The notes below the pieces were generated by a model. The model saw only the letters and a list, made by a program, of their open reading frames with translations. It ran no database searches and had not been told where the DNA came from. This document shows, one piece after another, positions 36,100 through 45,929 of a DNA stretch of 64,000 bases (its first letter is position 1; every line of letters starts with the position of its first letter). Origin of the DNA: Candidatus Zhuqueibacterota bacterium (lineage in GTDB: Bacteria > Zhuqueibacterota > QNDG01 > JABMRT01); NCBI GenBank assembly GCA_013202295.1, contig JABMRT010000292.1, positions 12,486 to 76,485 of the forward strand. The letters run 5' to 3'. The translations under genes and the position numbers were made by a program.

Positions 36100-36924
36100 T
36101 TATCTGCAGAATTTCACTTCTATTTGAGACTGATTCCCCCAGTCACTGATCTGCTTAAAAACAGGCATGTAATATTCATGCTTTGATTTTGAGGATGAAA
36201 ATATCTGTTCCCATTCTTTTACCAGATTCGGATCTACCGCATGGACTGCCTGCTTTAATCCGACTTGGCTCCCCCCTTTGATATTCAGTGTATCCACGAG
36301 AATATAATCCACTTTATTCTGGATTGCCTTGAGCAGTTCTAGTAAGTACTTCGTGGTGAGTGTTGGCATCACCGGCGCGAGGAACACCCAGGTGCGAATT
36401 CCTTTGTCATGAATCTGCTTCAATGCATCAATTCGCTTTTGAATGGATGGAGCTCTCGGTTCGAATACTTTACGGATGGAATCATCCATAAGCGCCAGGC
36501 TGAATCCTACTTCGATATGATCTGGAAGGAATTGTTTCAAGATATCCAGATCACGGAGCACCAGATCGGATCGTGTTAGAATTGAAACTGTAAATTCTGT
36601 GCTGAATAGGATGTCTAATAATTGTCGGGTAATTGCATATTGTTTCTCGGGATGCTGATAGGGATCCGTCACTGTGCTGAGCGACACCAAACCGGGAGGC
36701 AGCTTACCAATTTGCTTTTGGAGAATCTCAGGCGCATTGACCTTGGCTTCGCAGAACTGCCCCCACGGAGCAGGATGCTTCGCAAACCGGGTCATAAAAC
36801 AGGCATAACAGTAAACGCACCCGTGCAGGCATCCTATGTATGGATTGAGGGTATAATCCAGTCCGGGGATGCGCGAGCGGTTTAATATCGACTGGCAGGT
36901 AATTTCATGAATGGATGTGCTCAT
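36100..36924 (-). CDS. Radical SAM protein (SplB-like / Rv2578c-type)
   Basis: LNPYIGCLHGCVYCYA (CxxxCxxC), STVTDPYQ..E, FEP.APS...R. Confidence 0.9.
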   Translation of the reverse strand: MSTSIHEITCQSILNRSRIPGLDYTLNPYIGCLHGCVYCYACFMTRFAKHPAPWGQFCEAKVNAPEILQKQIGKLPPGLVSLSTVTDPYQHPEKQYAITRQLLDILFSTEFTVSILTRSDLVLRDLDILKQFLPDHIEVGFSLALMDDSIRKVFEPRAPSIQKRIDALKQIHDKGIRTWVFLAPVMPTLTTKYLLELLKAIQNKVDYILVDTLNIKGGSQVGLKQAVHAVDPNLVKEWEQIFSSSKSKHEYYMPVFKQISDWGNQSQIEVKFCR

Positions 36925-37415
36925 TCTGCGAGAATTTGATGGATGTCATCGAGAGAAAAATAAGTCTTCTTTGAAATGGCCGGGAGATCCATCCCCTCCC
37001 CATGCAATCGACGGACAACCTCTTCCATGGGTTCACTGATTTCTATAATATGCCCGTCGGGATCTTCAACACGTATGCCCCGCTGCCCCCAATCATGCTC
37101 CTTCATGGGATGAACAAAAGGCACACCATGCTCATCAAGATTTTGAATGATGAAATCCAGCTCGGAGGTTTCAAAATAAAGTTCGCAGTTTTCGGAGCCG
37201 TAGGAGGCACGGTTGTCCGGCTTACCGCGGATAAGCTCAAGCGCATACGATCCATCCCAGATGCCAAATCCGCCTTTGAATCCCACGAACCGACCAAAAT
37301 CATCCTCAATCTCCTGGCTCAATACGTCGGCATAAAAATGTTTGGAGCGGACCACATCCTTCACAAAGAGAACGGAATTTCTATATTTCAACGATTTGTT
37401 TGGAGACTCCTGCAT
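36921..37415 (-). CDS. VOC/glyoxalase family protein
   Basis: LFVKDV..SK.FY..VL; EH.WGQR..R..DPDGHIIEI. Confidence 0.85.
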   Translation of the reverse strand: MQESPNKSLKYRNSVLFVKDVVRSKHFYADVLSQEIEDDFGRFVGFKGGFGIWDGSYALELIRGKPDNRASYGSENCELYFETSELDFIIQNLDEHGVPFVHPMKEHDWGQRGIRVEDPDGHIIEISEPMEEVVRRLHGEGMDLPAISKKTYFSLDDIHQILAE

Positions 37416-37416
37416 T

Positions 37417-40400
37417 TTATGTTTTTTTTCTTCGCCCAGCAAAAATGATGATCAGAAACAAAACAATCAGACCTATAAAAAATCCGATGGGCAAAGTGGG
37501 TTTATCGCCGGATGCGTAAGAATGCATTCCTGAAAGATAGAGATTCACGCCAATATAGGTAAACGCCACAGCGAATAATGCGACCACCGATCCGGTAGCG
37601 AGCACATACGGCGAATTCAACTTCGGAATGAAACGGAGATGAAGCACAATCGTGTAAACCAGAATCACAATCAGCGTCCAGGTTTCTTTGGGGTCCCATC
37701 CCCAATATCGCCCCCAGCTTTCATTGGCCCAGACTGCACCAAAAAAATTACCAATAGTGATCAACACAAGACCCATGAGAAGGGACTGCTCAATCACTCG
37801 GTATAAAGCGAGCATGGGCGAGGCCAGGCCCTGCTCTCGTTTTTGGCCTCGGAATAGAATAAAAACCAAAGTGATCAAACCTAAAACGGCCCCCAATCCG
37901 AAAAAACCGTAACTGGCGGTGATGACTGAAACATGTGTGATCAGCCAATGCGATTTTAATACAGGATGCAAATTAGTCAGTTTGGGATCAAAAGAAGCCG
38001 TGTTCGCAACCGTGAGAATCAACCCGGAAAGCATTCCGGCACCCGCAAGTGACATCCTTGCCTTCCTGAGAAAAACGACACCAGCCAGCAGAATGGTCCA
38101 AGCAATATAAATCATGGATTCATACTTATTGGTCCAGGGAGGATGCGCCGCAGCAATCCAGCGTAGTATTAAACCGACTGTTCCGGAAAGGAAACACAAT
38201 ACCAGTCCGAAGCCCGATAGCCAGGCCATACGTCCGAGCCATTTAAAATAACGAAGCATCTGGATGGTTTCAAAAACAAGGAGTACCAGCCCCAGTACGA
38301 GAGTCCAGAATGCGAGCTTCTGAAAAATATTAATCTCATTATAAAAGACCTCGACTCGGCATTGAAAATCAGAGGGCAGTAAGTCAAATCCATACTTGCT
38401 CTGCCAGGCACTGATGTCAAGAAGCGTGGTGTTCACCTTATGCCATTGCTGTGAGGAAATCGCGTTTTCGACTTCAGATTTACACGATTTTACAAGGTTA
38501 AGGATTGGGGCGGCATGTGTGCTGTCCAACATCTGAGATGCACCAGTATAAGCCGTCCATTGCTGAGTTGACACATCGGGCAAGGGGAAAATACGGAAGA
38601 GCCCGCCCTGCTGAATCATTTGGCAATAGGCCATTCGATCCCGAATCGCAAGTGCCTCTTTTTCAGCACCATTGCGTTGCGATCTGGTTTTCGACTCGGC
38701 GGATTGAATGACAGGATCAAGGATATTCTGCCCGGTCTGCTTGCTCATCATTTGCATGATGGAGATATGGGTTTCTTCAGGCATTAAGCCAAGTTGATCA
38801 CGAAGTGATGTATTTTCAACGCGGATAAGTGGAAGAATCTGACTCAATTCCGGACGCAGCCAAAGCGCCAGACTCAGCTGATCGGGATGCACCCCAAGAA
38901 ATCGATCGGGATATCTAAGTTTAAACATGATTTCATGCGACAGAGAATTGACCGGTTTCATGCGGCCGCGCATGTCCTGTACAATCAATCGGCCAAACTG
39001 AAGGCCATGATCTCTCTCAATATTTCGCACCATAGCCATTGCCTCATCGGTTGAGTCTGCTGCAAATAATGGCGTGATGTATAAAAATCCGAAGCCCAGA
39101 CCTAGAATTAAAATAACGGCACTTCGGTTGGCAGTGATTCGTTTTGCCAGCTTTCGAAAACGGCCATTCGGATTACACAGACTTAAAATCAATGCAATGA
39201 CACATAAAAAATATCCGATATACGTCGGCACTGTTCCCGGATCATGCGACCATGACAGGACAGAGCCTGCTTCATCCTCATCAAAACTGGACTGGAAAAA
39301 ACGATACCCGCGATACTTGAGAATGTGATTCATGTAAATACGAAACGGCCGTTCAATGCCCATCTCTTCATCGTGAATGATGACTTCACTCGCAAAACTG
39401 GATGGCATCCGGCTGCCCGGATAGCGTTCAATTTCGAAATCGATCAACTCAAGTCCAAAGGGCAAGGTCGTGGATTTCGAACCGAATGTCAGTGTGAGTT
39501 CCGCCTCATTTATTTGTAAATGGATGGGATCGCCTTCAAATCCGCTGCCACCAAACAGCGCGACCTGTTGTGTCATGCCATTGAATGCCACATCCACGAG
39601 TAAAGCGTCCGGTGGTTCATCGGCTGCCATCGGACTATTGGACAGCTCAACATTTTCCGCACTGATCCGACCTTTGAGAATAAATTGCTGCATCGCAAAT
39701 CTAAAATCAGATGTGGAGATTAACACACCCGGCTCCAGTATAATTTCGGTAAGAGGTGGAACCTGCTCTCTCATACCCTCTCTCATGGAAACACGGCCAA
39801 GCGTCAAACTTGACAGTATATGAGGCGAGTCATCCTGAAAATATATGTGGATAAAATCACCCGAATCCGGTGGTAGGTCAGTAGCATTTAAAAGTATAGA
39901 ACCGATAGTCTTCGTTTCCCCTGATTGGATAGTAAGCGGGTAGGAGATCCCTTCCTCGGAAACGGAGAGCAATAAAACCGGCCCGCCTTTCTCATCTTCA
40001 ATCAGTTTCGGAACCGCATGTGGAATGTATTCTGTGCAATGGACAGTAATGGTTTGATCATCCAATTGGAGTTGTTCGGAAAATCTAACCGGGGATATTC
40101 TGGAGAGCCATAAGGCATGCTCCTTATATGTGGTTTTATTTTCGGATTCGAGAGTGGCCTGAAAATACGATCGGCTGGACAGAACTTGATCAGTACTTTC
40201 TCCCTCGCGAAAATGGAGAATTCCCTCCTCCCCGAAATAGCGTGTCAATGCCGCGCCCAGTAGGATGAGAAGGAATGCTGCATGAAACAATCCGGAAAGC
40301 CACTTCTCTCTTCGCCACATTCGAAATCGAATCAGATTCATAATCAAATTGATTGCCAACATCACATAGAGAATAGTCATCCACCAGGCATTGTAGATAA

Positions 40401-40527
40401 CCGCGCGCGCTGTCTCTGAATCATGATGGGTTTCGATAAAAGTGGCTGTGCCAATCGACAAAGCAATCACAAGAACCATAACCACCATAGCGGGCATTGA
40501 AAAAAAGAGGGTTTGGATTAATTTCAT
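37417..40527 (-). CDS. ccsBA: Fused System II cytochrome c biogenesis protein (ResB-ResC / CcsBA)
   Basis: N-terminal ResB region (MNHIL.YRGYRFFQSSF); C-terminal WLITHVS and GAVWANESWGRYWGWDPKETW (WWD domain). Confidence 0.93.
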   Translation of the reverse strand: MKLIQTLFFSMPAMVVMVLVIALSIGTATFIETHHDSETARAVIYNAWWMTILYVMLAINLIMNLIRFRMWRREKWLSGLFHAAFLLILLGAALTRYFGEEGILHFREGESTDQVLSSRSYFQATLESENKTTYKEHALWLSRISPVRFSEQLQLDDQTITVHCTEYIPHAVPKLIEDEKGGPVLLLSVSEEGISYPLTIQSGETKTIGSILLNATDLPPDSGDFIHIYFQDDSPHILSSLTLGRVSMREGMREQVPPLTEIILEPGVLISTSDFRFAMQQFILKGRISAENVELSNSPMAADEPPDALLVDVAFNGMTQQVALFGGSGFEGDPIHLQINEAELTLTFGSKSTTLPFGLELIDFEIERYPGSRMPSSFASEVIIHDEEMGIERPFRIYMNHILKYRGYRFFQSSFDEDEAGSVLSWSHDPGTVPTYIGYFLCVIALILSLCNPNGRFRKLAKRITANRSAVILILGLGFGFLYITPLFAADSTDEAMAMVRNIERDHGLQFGRLIVQDMRGRMKPVNSLSHEIMFKLRYPDRFLGVHPDQLSLALWLRPELSQILPLIRVENTSLRDQLGLMPEETHISIMQMMSKQTGQNILDPVIQSAESKTRSQRNGAEKEALAIRDRMAYCQMIQQGGLFRIFPLPDVSTQQWTAYTGASQMLDSTHAAPILNLVKSCKSEVENAISSQQWHKVNTTLLDISAWQSKYGFDLLPSDFQCRVEVFYNEINIFQKLAFWTLVLGLVLLVFETIQMLRYFKWLGRMAWLSGFGLVLCFLSGTVGLILRWIAAAHPPWTNKYESMIYIAWTILLAGVVFLRKARMSLAGAGMLSGLILTVANTASFDPKLTNLHPVLKSHWLITHVSVITASYGFFGLGAVLGLITLVFILFRGQKREQGLASPMLALYRVIEQSLLMGLVLITIGNFFGAVWANESWGRYWGWDPKETWTLIVILVYTIVLHLRFIPKLNSPYVLATGSVVALFAVAFTYIGVNLYLSGMHSYASGDKPTLPIGFFIGLIVLFLIIIFAGRRKKT

Positions 40528-40694
40528 GAAAAAGGCCTCCAGATCTTCGTGGAATGAAAGAAGCGGCGCTGCTTCGTTTGGTCTCCAAGCTTAAAGAAAA
40601 AAAGGTATGGAAATGAACATATGATTAAAAAAGGGTACTGAACAATATATAACATTCAGCACCCCGAATACAACAGAAAATTTATGAAATGGTA

Positions 40695-41861
40695 CTAAAA
40701 GCCGCTCACCATCCCCAAAACCATTCGATTTTTTTCATTCATCAGATCACGTGTGTATTCAAGTGTGAAACGTAAATTCCGGGCAACCAAATAGGTTCCG
40801 GCCAGAGTGGCGGTTTCATAATTATAAATATCCATATCCGACTCAACCGCATTATAAAGCGCAATTAGATACCAGCGGGATTTATCCAGTTTGGGTGAAT
40901 AAACAGCTTCAACCACAGAGCCGGTAGTCTTGACCGAAACTGGATCGGTAAACGTCGGATTGGTATCCTCCCTCTCAAGATATTGTGCTGTCACCTCAAT
41001 GGGGCCGACCCGGATATTCATATCAGGTCCCCAGTATGTAATCTCATTTTCAATATCGAATAAATTCTCTTTGCCAAGATAATAAAATCCGCCCACACTA
41101 AAAAGACCGGCCACATCCTGATTTAACCGGACTCCTAAATTCTTATCCGAGTCTACATCAAATTTCTTTGTGTCCTCATCAGCCATTGGTTTTCCATTTC
41201 CATTGACCACGAAACCCACAATCTCCGTTCCAGTTGCATCAATACCATAGAGCGCCATCACACCCCTGTCATAGGTCAAATTACATTTTGAATCACCGAC
41301 ATGCACCTTATAAATCATATAATCTTCGAAAGTCAAACGTAGCTCACGCTTCATTAAAGGATCAGAAGTCTGGAACTGACCGACCATGAAATCCAGATTA
41401 GCACCGAACACATTGTCAAAATGAATGTATGCATCTTCCACACCGGCGACTTCCCCACGTTCGGACATATAAAAGTAAAAGTAATAACCGATGTTTTTAT
41501 AAAGCGTGCCGCCGGACAATAATTTCAAACCCCAGGGTGACTGCAGATCGTTCTCCACTGGATGATCCTGATCGTACACACCGAATGCCTCGAACCGCGC
41601 AGCCACAGGAAAAGTGCGGTTCAGCCAGAGAAGATCATCCCCTGCGGATACATAATCCCGTTCTTTCTCTTCTTCTTTGAGGATCATGCCCGCACCCGCG
41701 AAATCTTCTCCATACTCTTTCAGTTTCGGAAAGGGTGCATGACACGTCGAGCAGGATATCTTATACCGCCGCGCAAATGCCGGAATCGCGAATGCATCGG
41801 CTGTTACAATAACAGTGATAAGCATTACACAGACTAGGATGGACCATTTTCGATATTTCAT
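40695..41861 (-). CDS. Outer-membrane porin-like beta-barrel with an N-terminal CxxCH heme motif
   Basis: AIPAFARRYKISCSTCH after the signal peptide; amphipathic strands; terminal Phe. Confidence 0.72.
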   Translation of the reverse strand: MKYRKWSILVCVMLITVIVTADAFAIPAFARRYKISCSTCHAPFPKLKEYGEDFAGAGMILKEEEKERDYVSAGDDLLWLNRTFPVAARFEAFGVYDQDHPVENDLQSPWGLKLLSGGTLYKNIGYYFYFYMSERGEVAGVEDAYIHFDNVFGANLDFMVGQFQTSDPLMKRELRLTFEDYMIYKVHVGDSKCNLTYDRGVMALYGIDATGTEIVGFVVNGNGKPMADEDTKKFDVDSDKNLGVRLNQDVAGLFSVGGFYYLGKENLFDIENEITYWGPDMNIRVGPIEVTAQYLEREDTNPTFTDPVSVKTTGSVVEAVYSPKLDKSRWYLIALYNAVESDMDIYNYETATLAGTYLVARNLRFTLEYTRDLMNEKNRMVLGMVSGF

Positions 41862-41899
41862 TCCATTCTCCTTTCAGACATGCTATACACCTAAAGGGC

Positions 41900-41992
41900 T
41901 GTCATTCTGATCCCGCGTAGAGGGAGAAGAATCTCTCTCTTCCTCCACCCCAAGATACTTCGTCCTGCTTTACAGCAGGACTCAGCATGACA
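41900..41992. repeat. TGTCATTCTGA...TCAGCATGACA REP-like element
   Basis: Terminal inverted repeats with the internal GAAGAATCT / AGATACTTCG motifs typical of this widespread palindrome class. Confidence 0.65.
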
Positions 41993-42034
41993 TTCCGCAT
42001 ATTAACTCCTATATACTGTATACCGTATACTGCT

Positions 42035-43378
42035 TTAATCAACCACTTCTATCCACGTCTCTGCCGTGTTTACCAGCATGATCTCACTTTCATCTTCAGG
42101 CACGTTCAGGAAATCAGCGACTGGCTTGACCAGTTTTTGATAATTCAGCTGGGCCTTGAATGTGACCTTGCCCAGTGCTATCTCATCGGGGAGTTGCCAC
42201 GTAAAAGTCTCGATCTTGGTCTCTCGCGGTCCGATGCGATAATCCGTACCGAGCGTTTTCGTGTTCCACTGCATAATGGTCATACGCCCTTCGGGATCAA
42301 AATAGGCCATGCGGAATATACGGTCGCCCAAGGGCACGCCGTCACGGGGTACACCCTTGAAATCCGGGATGTCCAGCGGCAGCCCCATATCCTGATATGC
42401 CAGTTCGTTGGATGCGATTGTGTATTCTTCACCCTCAAATCCTTTGGTGTCGACAGGAAGATGATACTCATTTCCATCCGCGTCAGTGGCGGTCACATGC
42501 AGCCAGAGAATTCGGTCCTCCACCGATCCGGTGGGGATTTTATGACCGGCCTTGCCATTGAATAGTTGCACACTGATTTGCACGGCATCATCATAGAGTA
42601 CGTCCCGCTCATCCGGATGCATACGCAGTTCAATCGCACCCCCGACCTTGCCGGGATCATGCGCGCCATGAAACAGATGCTGGGCGACCATATCCGGCTC
42701 CGACATTTTCGAATTTTTTCCCCACGCTTTGGGCATATGACACTGATGGCACGCCACACCATCCTCACCATACGGGCCTTCTTTCCATTCGAGCTGTGTG
42801 GATTTAACCCAGATCCCATACGGATTCATCTCATTGTGACAGTTTCCGCAGAATTCGGCCTGTTTATAAACATCCAGTTCTTTCGTGTCATGATGCGGCG
42901 AGACCAATCCCGGTTTGGGGCCATATTTCGTTCGTCCCGGATTGGAAATGTAACTGAAATTATGGGGCACATCCCCTTTGATCCCCGTGATGGAGTGACA
43001 CAGATCACAGCTCACGCTCTCATTGGCGCGCGATCCCTCTTCGGGACGCGGAGGCGTGACATCGCCAGCCAGATACGCCAGTGGTGTATGGCAGCCGTTA
43101 CAGCCATCCACAACTCCTTTAAGAGCAGGAACCTTCTTGGCATGCTCCACGGCCAGATCGAAATATTCAATTTCATCCCAGTGATGGGTGTAGGCCTTGG
43201 ACATCATAGCCTGATCCCACTGCCAGTAAATATCTGTATGGCATGACTTGCAGACCGCCGGCTTCTCAAAGTCGCTGTATTTGCGAGATCCGAGCGCATC
43301 TTCACCCGCCAGCTGTTCCTCACCCAGTAAGACTGTTGGGATCAACAGGCAGAGCAGAAATTCCTTTTGAAATTTCAT
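42035..43378 (-). CDS. Pentaheme c-type cytochrome (cytochrome c554-like domain + C-terminal Ig-like domain)
   Basis: Five CxxCH motifs (CKSCH, CNGCH, CDLCH, CGNCH, CHQCH); signal peptide from MKFQK at 43378; AGHKIPTGS..DR motif. Confidence 0.92.
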   Translation of the reverse strand: MKFQKEFLLCLLIPTVLLGEEQLAGEDALGSRKYSDFEKPAVCKSCHTDIYWQWDQAMMSKAYTHHWDEIEYFDLAVEHAKKVPALKGVVDGCNGCHTPLAYLAGDVTPPRPEEGSRANESVSCDLCHSITGIKGDVPHNFSYISNPGRTKYGPKPGLVSPHHDTKELDVYKQAEFCGNCHNEMNPYGIWVKSTQLEWKEGPYGEDGVACHQCHMPKAWGKNSKMSEPDMVAQHLFHGAHDPGKVGGAIELRMHPDERDVLYDDAVQISVQLFNGKAGHKIPTGSVEDRILWLHVTATDADGNEYHLPVDTKGFEGEEYTIASNELAYQDMGLPLDIPDFKGVPRDGVPLGDRIFRMAYFDPEGRMTIMQWNTKTLGTDYRIGPRETKIETFTWQLPDEIALGKVTFKAQLNYQKLVKPVADFLNVPEDESEIMLVNTAETWIEVVD

Positions 43379-43487
43379 GGCCAATCCTTTTGGAAAACAA
43401 AAAAGGTAAGAATGATTACATTGCACTGTAACTGTGGGTATTTTAAAAAAAGTTGCAACAAAAAGCAAGAGATTTATTCAAAGATTA

Positions 43488-44081
43488 TTAGAGCGAAAGC
43501 TGAAATGCAATAGTAGACATAACAGGTGGCACAAAAAATACAAGTGGCCAAAACGGACCTATATCATTTTTTGTAGTAAAAGCAGAAACAGCAATCGTTC
43601 CTATTATCCCACCAGCCAATGTAGCAAGGTAAGATCCTTTACCAGTCTTATGCTTGCCAATCAGGTAAACGCCAGTTACACTCCCAATAGTATAACCAGG
43701 AACAGATCCTAAAAGGGCTTGGCCTAAACCGATTTCGTCTTCAGATCCAGAATCAAATTGTGCACCAAGAATCCAACCCAAGAATCCACAAAGCATTCCA
43801 AGCCCCAAACCCGGTATAGGTTGCAGGATGATCCATTTGCGATCCTGAACAGGAGTATCCACTTCCAACTTATCAGTTTGTGACGTGTCAGATGGAGCAA
43901 CCCCAAACGCCAGAATCATCTCCGAATCAACAGGTTCATTTGGCGTGAGTAGTGCCATTCTGAACGACAGCTCTGGACGCGACAATCCGGAGAATGAATC
44001 GATTTCAGTTTGAGATTGAACAAGGGTAGTACTTAAAAAGGTAATTGTGAGGATAATCCAAATTGTATAAGGAGACTTCAA
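43488..44081 (-). CDS. Hypothetical membrane protein with Gly-zipper helices
   Basis: Signal peptide; GLGLGMLCGFLGWILG and GYTIGSVTGVYLIG hydrophobic Gly-rich segments. Confidence 0.6.
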   Translation of the reverse strand: MKSPYTIWIILTITFLSTTLVQSQTEIDSFSGLSRPELSFRMALLTPNEPVDSEMILAFGVAPSDTSQTDKLEVDTPVQDRKWIILQPIPGLGLGMLCGFLGWILGAQFDSGSEDEIGLGQALLGSVPGYTIGSVTGVYLIGKHKTGKGSYLATLAGGIIGTIAVSAFTTKNDIGPFWPLVFFVPPVMSTIAFQLSL

Positions 44082-44115
44082 ACTATTACCTCCTGCTTCA
44101 CTTGGATGTTTTCAC

Positions 44116-44181
44116 CCTCCCGAAGGCTCCTTGAATTTAAAATGCCTTGAGAGAATCAAAATTTTAAAAGCCTTCGGGAGG
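44116..44181. repeat. 13-bp perfect inverted repeat, REP/terminator-like
   Basis: CCTCCCGAAGGCT...AGCCTTCGGGAGG with an AT-rich spacer. Confidence 0.6.
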
Positions 44182-44189
44182 ATATTCTG

Positions 44190-44879
44190 CTACCACGACT
44201 TCGACAGCGCAACGACCATTCCGCCTTCGGGTAGACCGAAAAAACCAATCCGGGTTCGGTTCTCATCGGGTTTTCCCGCTTTACGCGCGAGACGCACCGC
44301 ATCAATCCCGCTCGTGATATGATTCAGCACAATCGCAGCGACCACAATCATGGATCGATTAAACGCCTGATCACTCGAAATCCGCATTTTCTCATAGGCT
44401 TCACGGGAGGTTTCGTTGTCCCAGTTCCAATCCCAGTACTCGGTTTCAGGATACACCGCGCCCAGATTGCGCTGTTGCAATTTGGCATCATTAAAAGCTA
44501 CAAGACTCATATAATCTTCAATGTCTACAAAATACTGATCATTCTTTCCGGACAATTCAACACCTGCATGTGCCACAGCATAGAGATGGTAATCGTTCCT
44601 TTTCCAATTACCGTAAATTCTGAAGGACGCGAAAGTAGTCCAAAGGGCGAGTTCGGTACTTGCGAACACCGTAGCCATTGTTTTTGATCCGGCATAGTAT
44701 TCACCCGCACCTGGCAACACGAATGAAAGCAGAAATGCCTTGGCCTGCGAAGGTGATGTCCCCTTGAGTGTGGAAGACTTCTCCTGCTGATCAACCAGCT
44801 CGCTTCGAAATCCCTGCGCCTGAACCTTCTGCGCTGTCAATGCAATCGTCAAAAGGATGAACAAAATTCGCTTAGTCAC
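44190..44879 (-). CDS. Hypothetical membrane protein (DUF5683-like)
   Basis: KAFLLSFVLPGAGEYY.G; NHITSGIDA motif; paralog-like to the next gene. Confidence 0.65.
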   Translation of the reverse strand: MTKRILFILLTIALTAQKVQAQGFRSELVDQQEKSSTLKGTSPSQAKAFLLSFVLPGAGEYYAGSKTMATVFASTELALWTTFASFRIYGNWKRNDYHLYAVAHAGVELSGKNDQYFVDIEDYMSLVAFNDAKLQQRNLGAVYPETEYWDWNWDNETSREAYEKMRISSDQAFNRSMIVVAAIVLNHITSGIDAVRLARKAGKPDENRTRIGFFGLPEGGMVVALSKSW

Positions 44880-44954
44880 TTTTATACCTCGATTTCATTT
44901 TATCTCGAATCTTCAGATTCCTTCAACCTACAACATCCGACCTACAGTTTTCAC

Positions 44955-45809
44955 TTACCACTCGATATTAAATCCATAAAACGGCATCAGCTCATCACGG
45001 ATGGGTTTAAGATCCACATGCATGGCCGCCCGTATTTCCCGGTTTTGTTTTGAGATCGTCCATGCCGCGTCAAGGGGCGAAATCAGGTGATTCGCCATCA
45101 CAACCATGGCACAGGTTGATGCCCGCTTGAATTCGACATTGCTGCTATTGCGCATGTTTTCATATTTATTCCTCAGCGGCGTCAATTCCGGTTTGTTCAC
45201 ATCATAATCTTCCCATCCCACTGCAAAGAAATCATATTTTCCGATCACTTCAAAATATTGCTGAATTCTCTCTTCAGGCAAGGTATGATGATGATTTTCA
45301 TGTTCGTACTCACGTATGAGATCTATATAATCTAAATAATCTGCATCGCCATATATTACATCTTCTAATACGGCATAATCAGTCGGAGAAGATGCATATG
45401 CATCTCTCGCAACGGACAGCCAATATCTTGCTTCGCTCCAATATTGATCAGCAAAGTCGTGAAATTGATTTCGCCAGTCCACACCTTCATTATAAAAAAC
45501 GAGATACCCGGCCCAGAGACTGATCTCGGCACCAAGGAAAAGCGCACCTTTCAGCCATGAACCTCCGTACATCTCACCGGTTCCCGGCAGGATCGCGGAA
45601 AAGAGCGCGGCTCGTCCCGGTTTTTTCAGCGGCACCATCGCGCTCTCTTTAGAGACCACGGAATTCTCGCTCTCAGCTTGCTGCAATCCCACCATCGCAT
45701 ATCGCAATGACGTGGACTGTGTGTCCTCAAACAATACCGGATTCTGCGCCTGAAGTGAAATTACCAAACTGAAGATCAGAAGAATACCCATCCATTGTTT
45801 CGCCATCAC
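44955..45809 (-). CDS. Hypothetical membrane protein (DUF5683-like)
   Basis: KKPGRAALFSAILPGTGEMY.G; ANHLISPLDA motif. Confidence 0.65.
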   Translation of the reverse strand: MMAKQWMGILLIFSLVISLQAQNPVLFEDTQSTSLRYAMVGLQQAESENSVVSKESAMVPLKKPGRAALFSAILPGTGEMYGGSWLKGALFLGAEISLWAGYLVFYNEGVDWRNQFHDFADQYWSEARYWLSVARDAYASSPTDYAVLEDVIYGDADYLDYIDLIREYEHENHHHTLPEERIQQYFEVIGKYDFFAVGWEDYDVNKPELTPLRNKYENMRNSSNVEFKRASTCAMVVMANHLISPLDAAWTISKQNREIRAAMHVDLKPIRDELMPFYGFNIEW

Positions 45810-45929
45810 AATCTCCTCAAAAGAAATGTTCCATCATTAAAATCCTCAACAAAGGATGTCATTCTGGGAATCTCCCGATTCCACTTGAGATTCCTCTCCC
45901 ACCAGAGCGGGATCAGAAAGACAGTTTGC

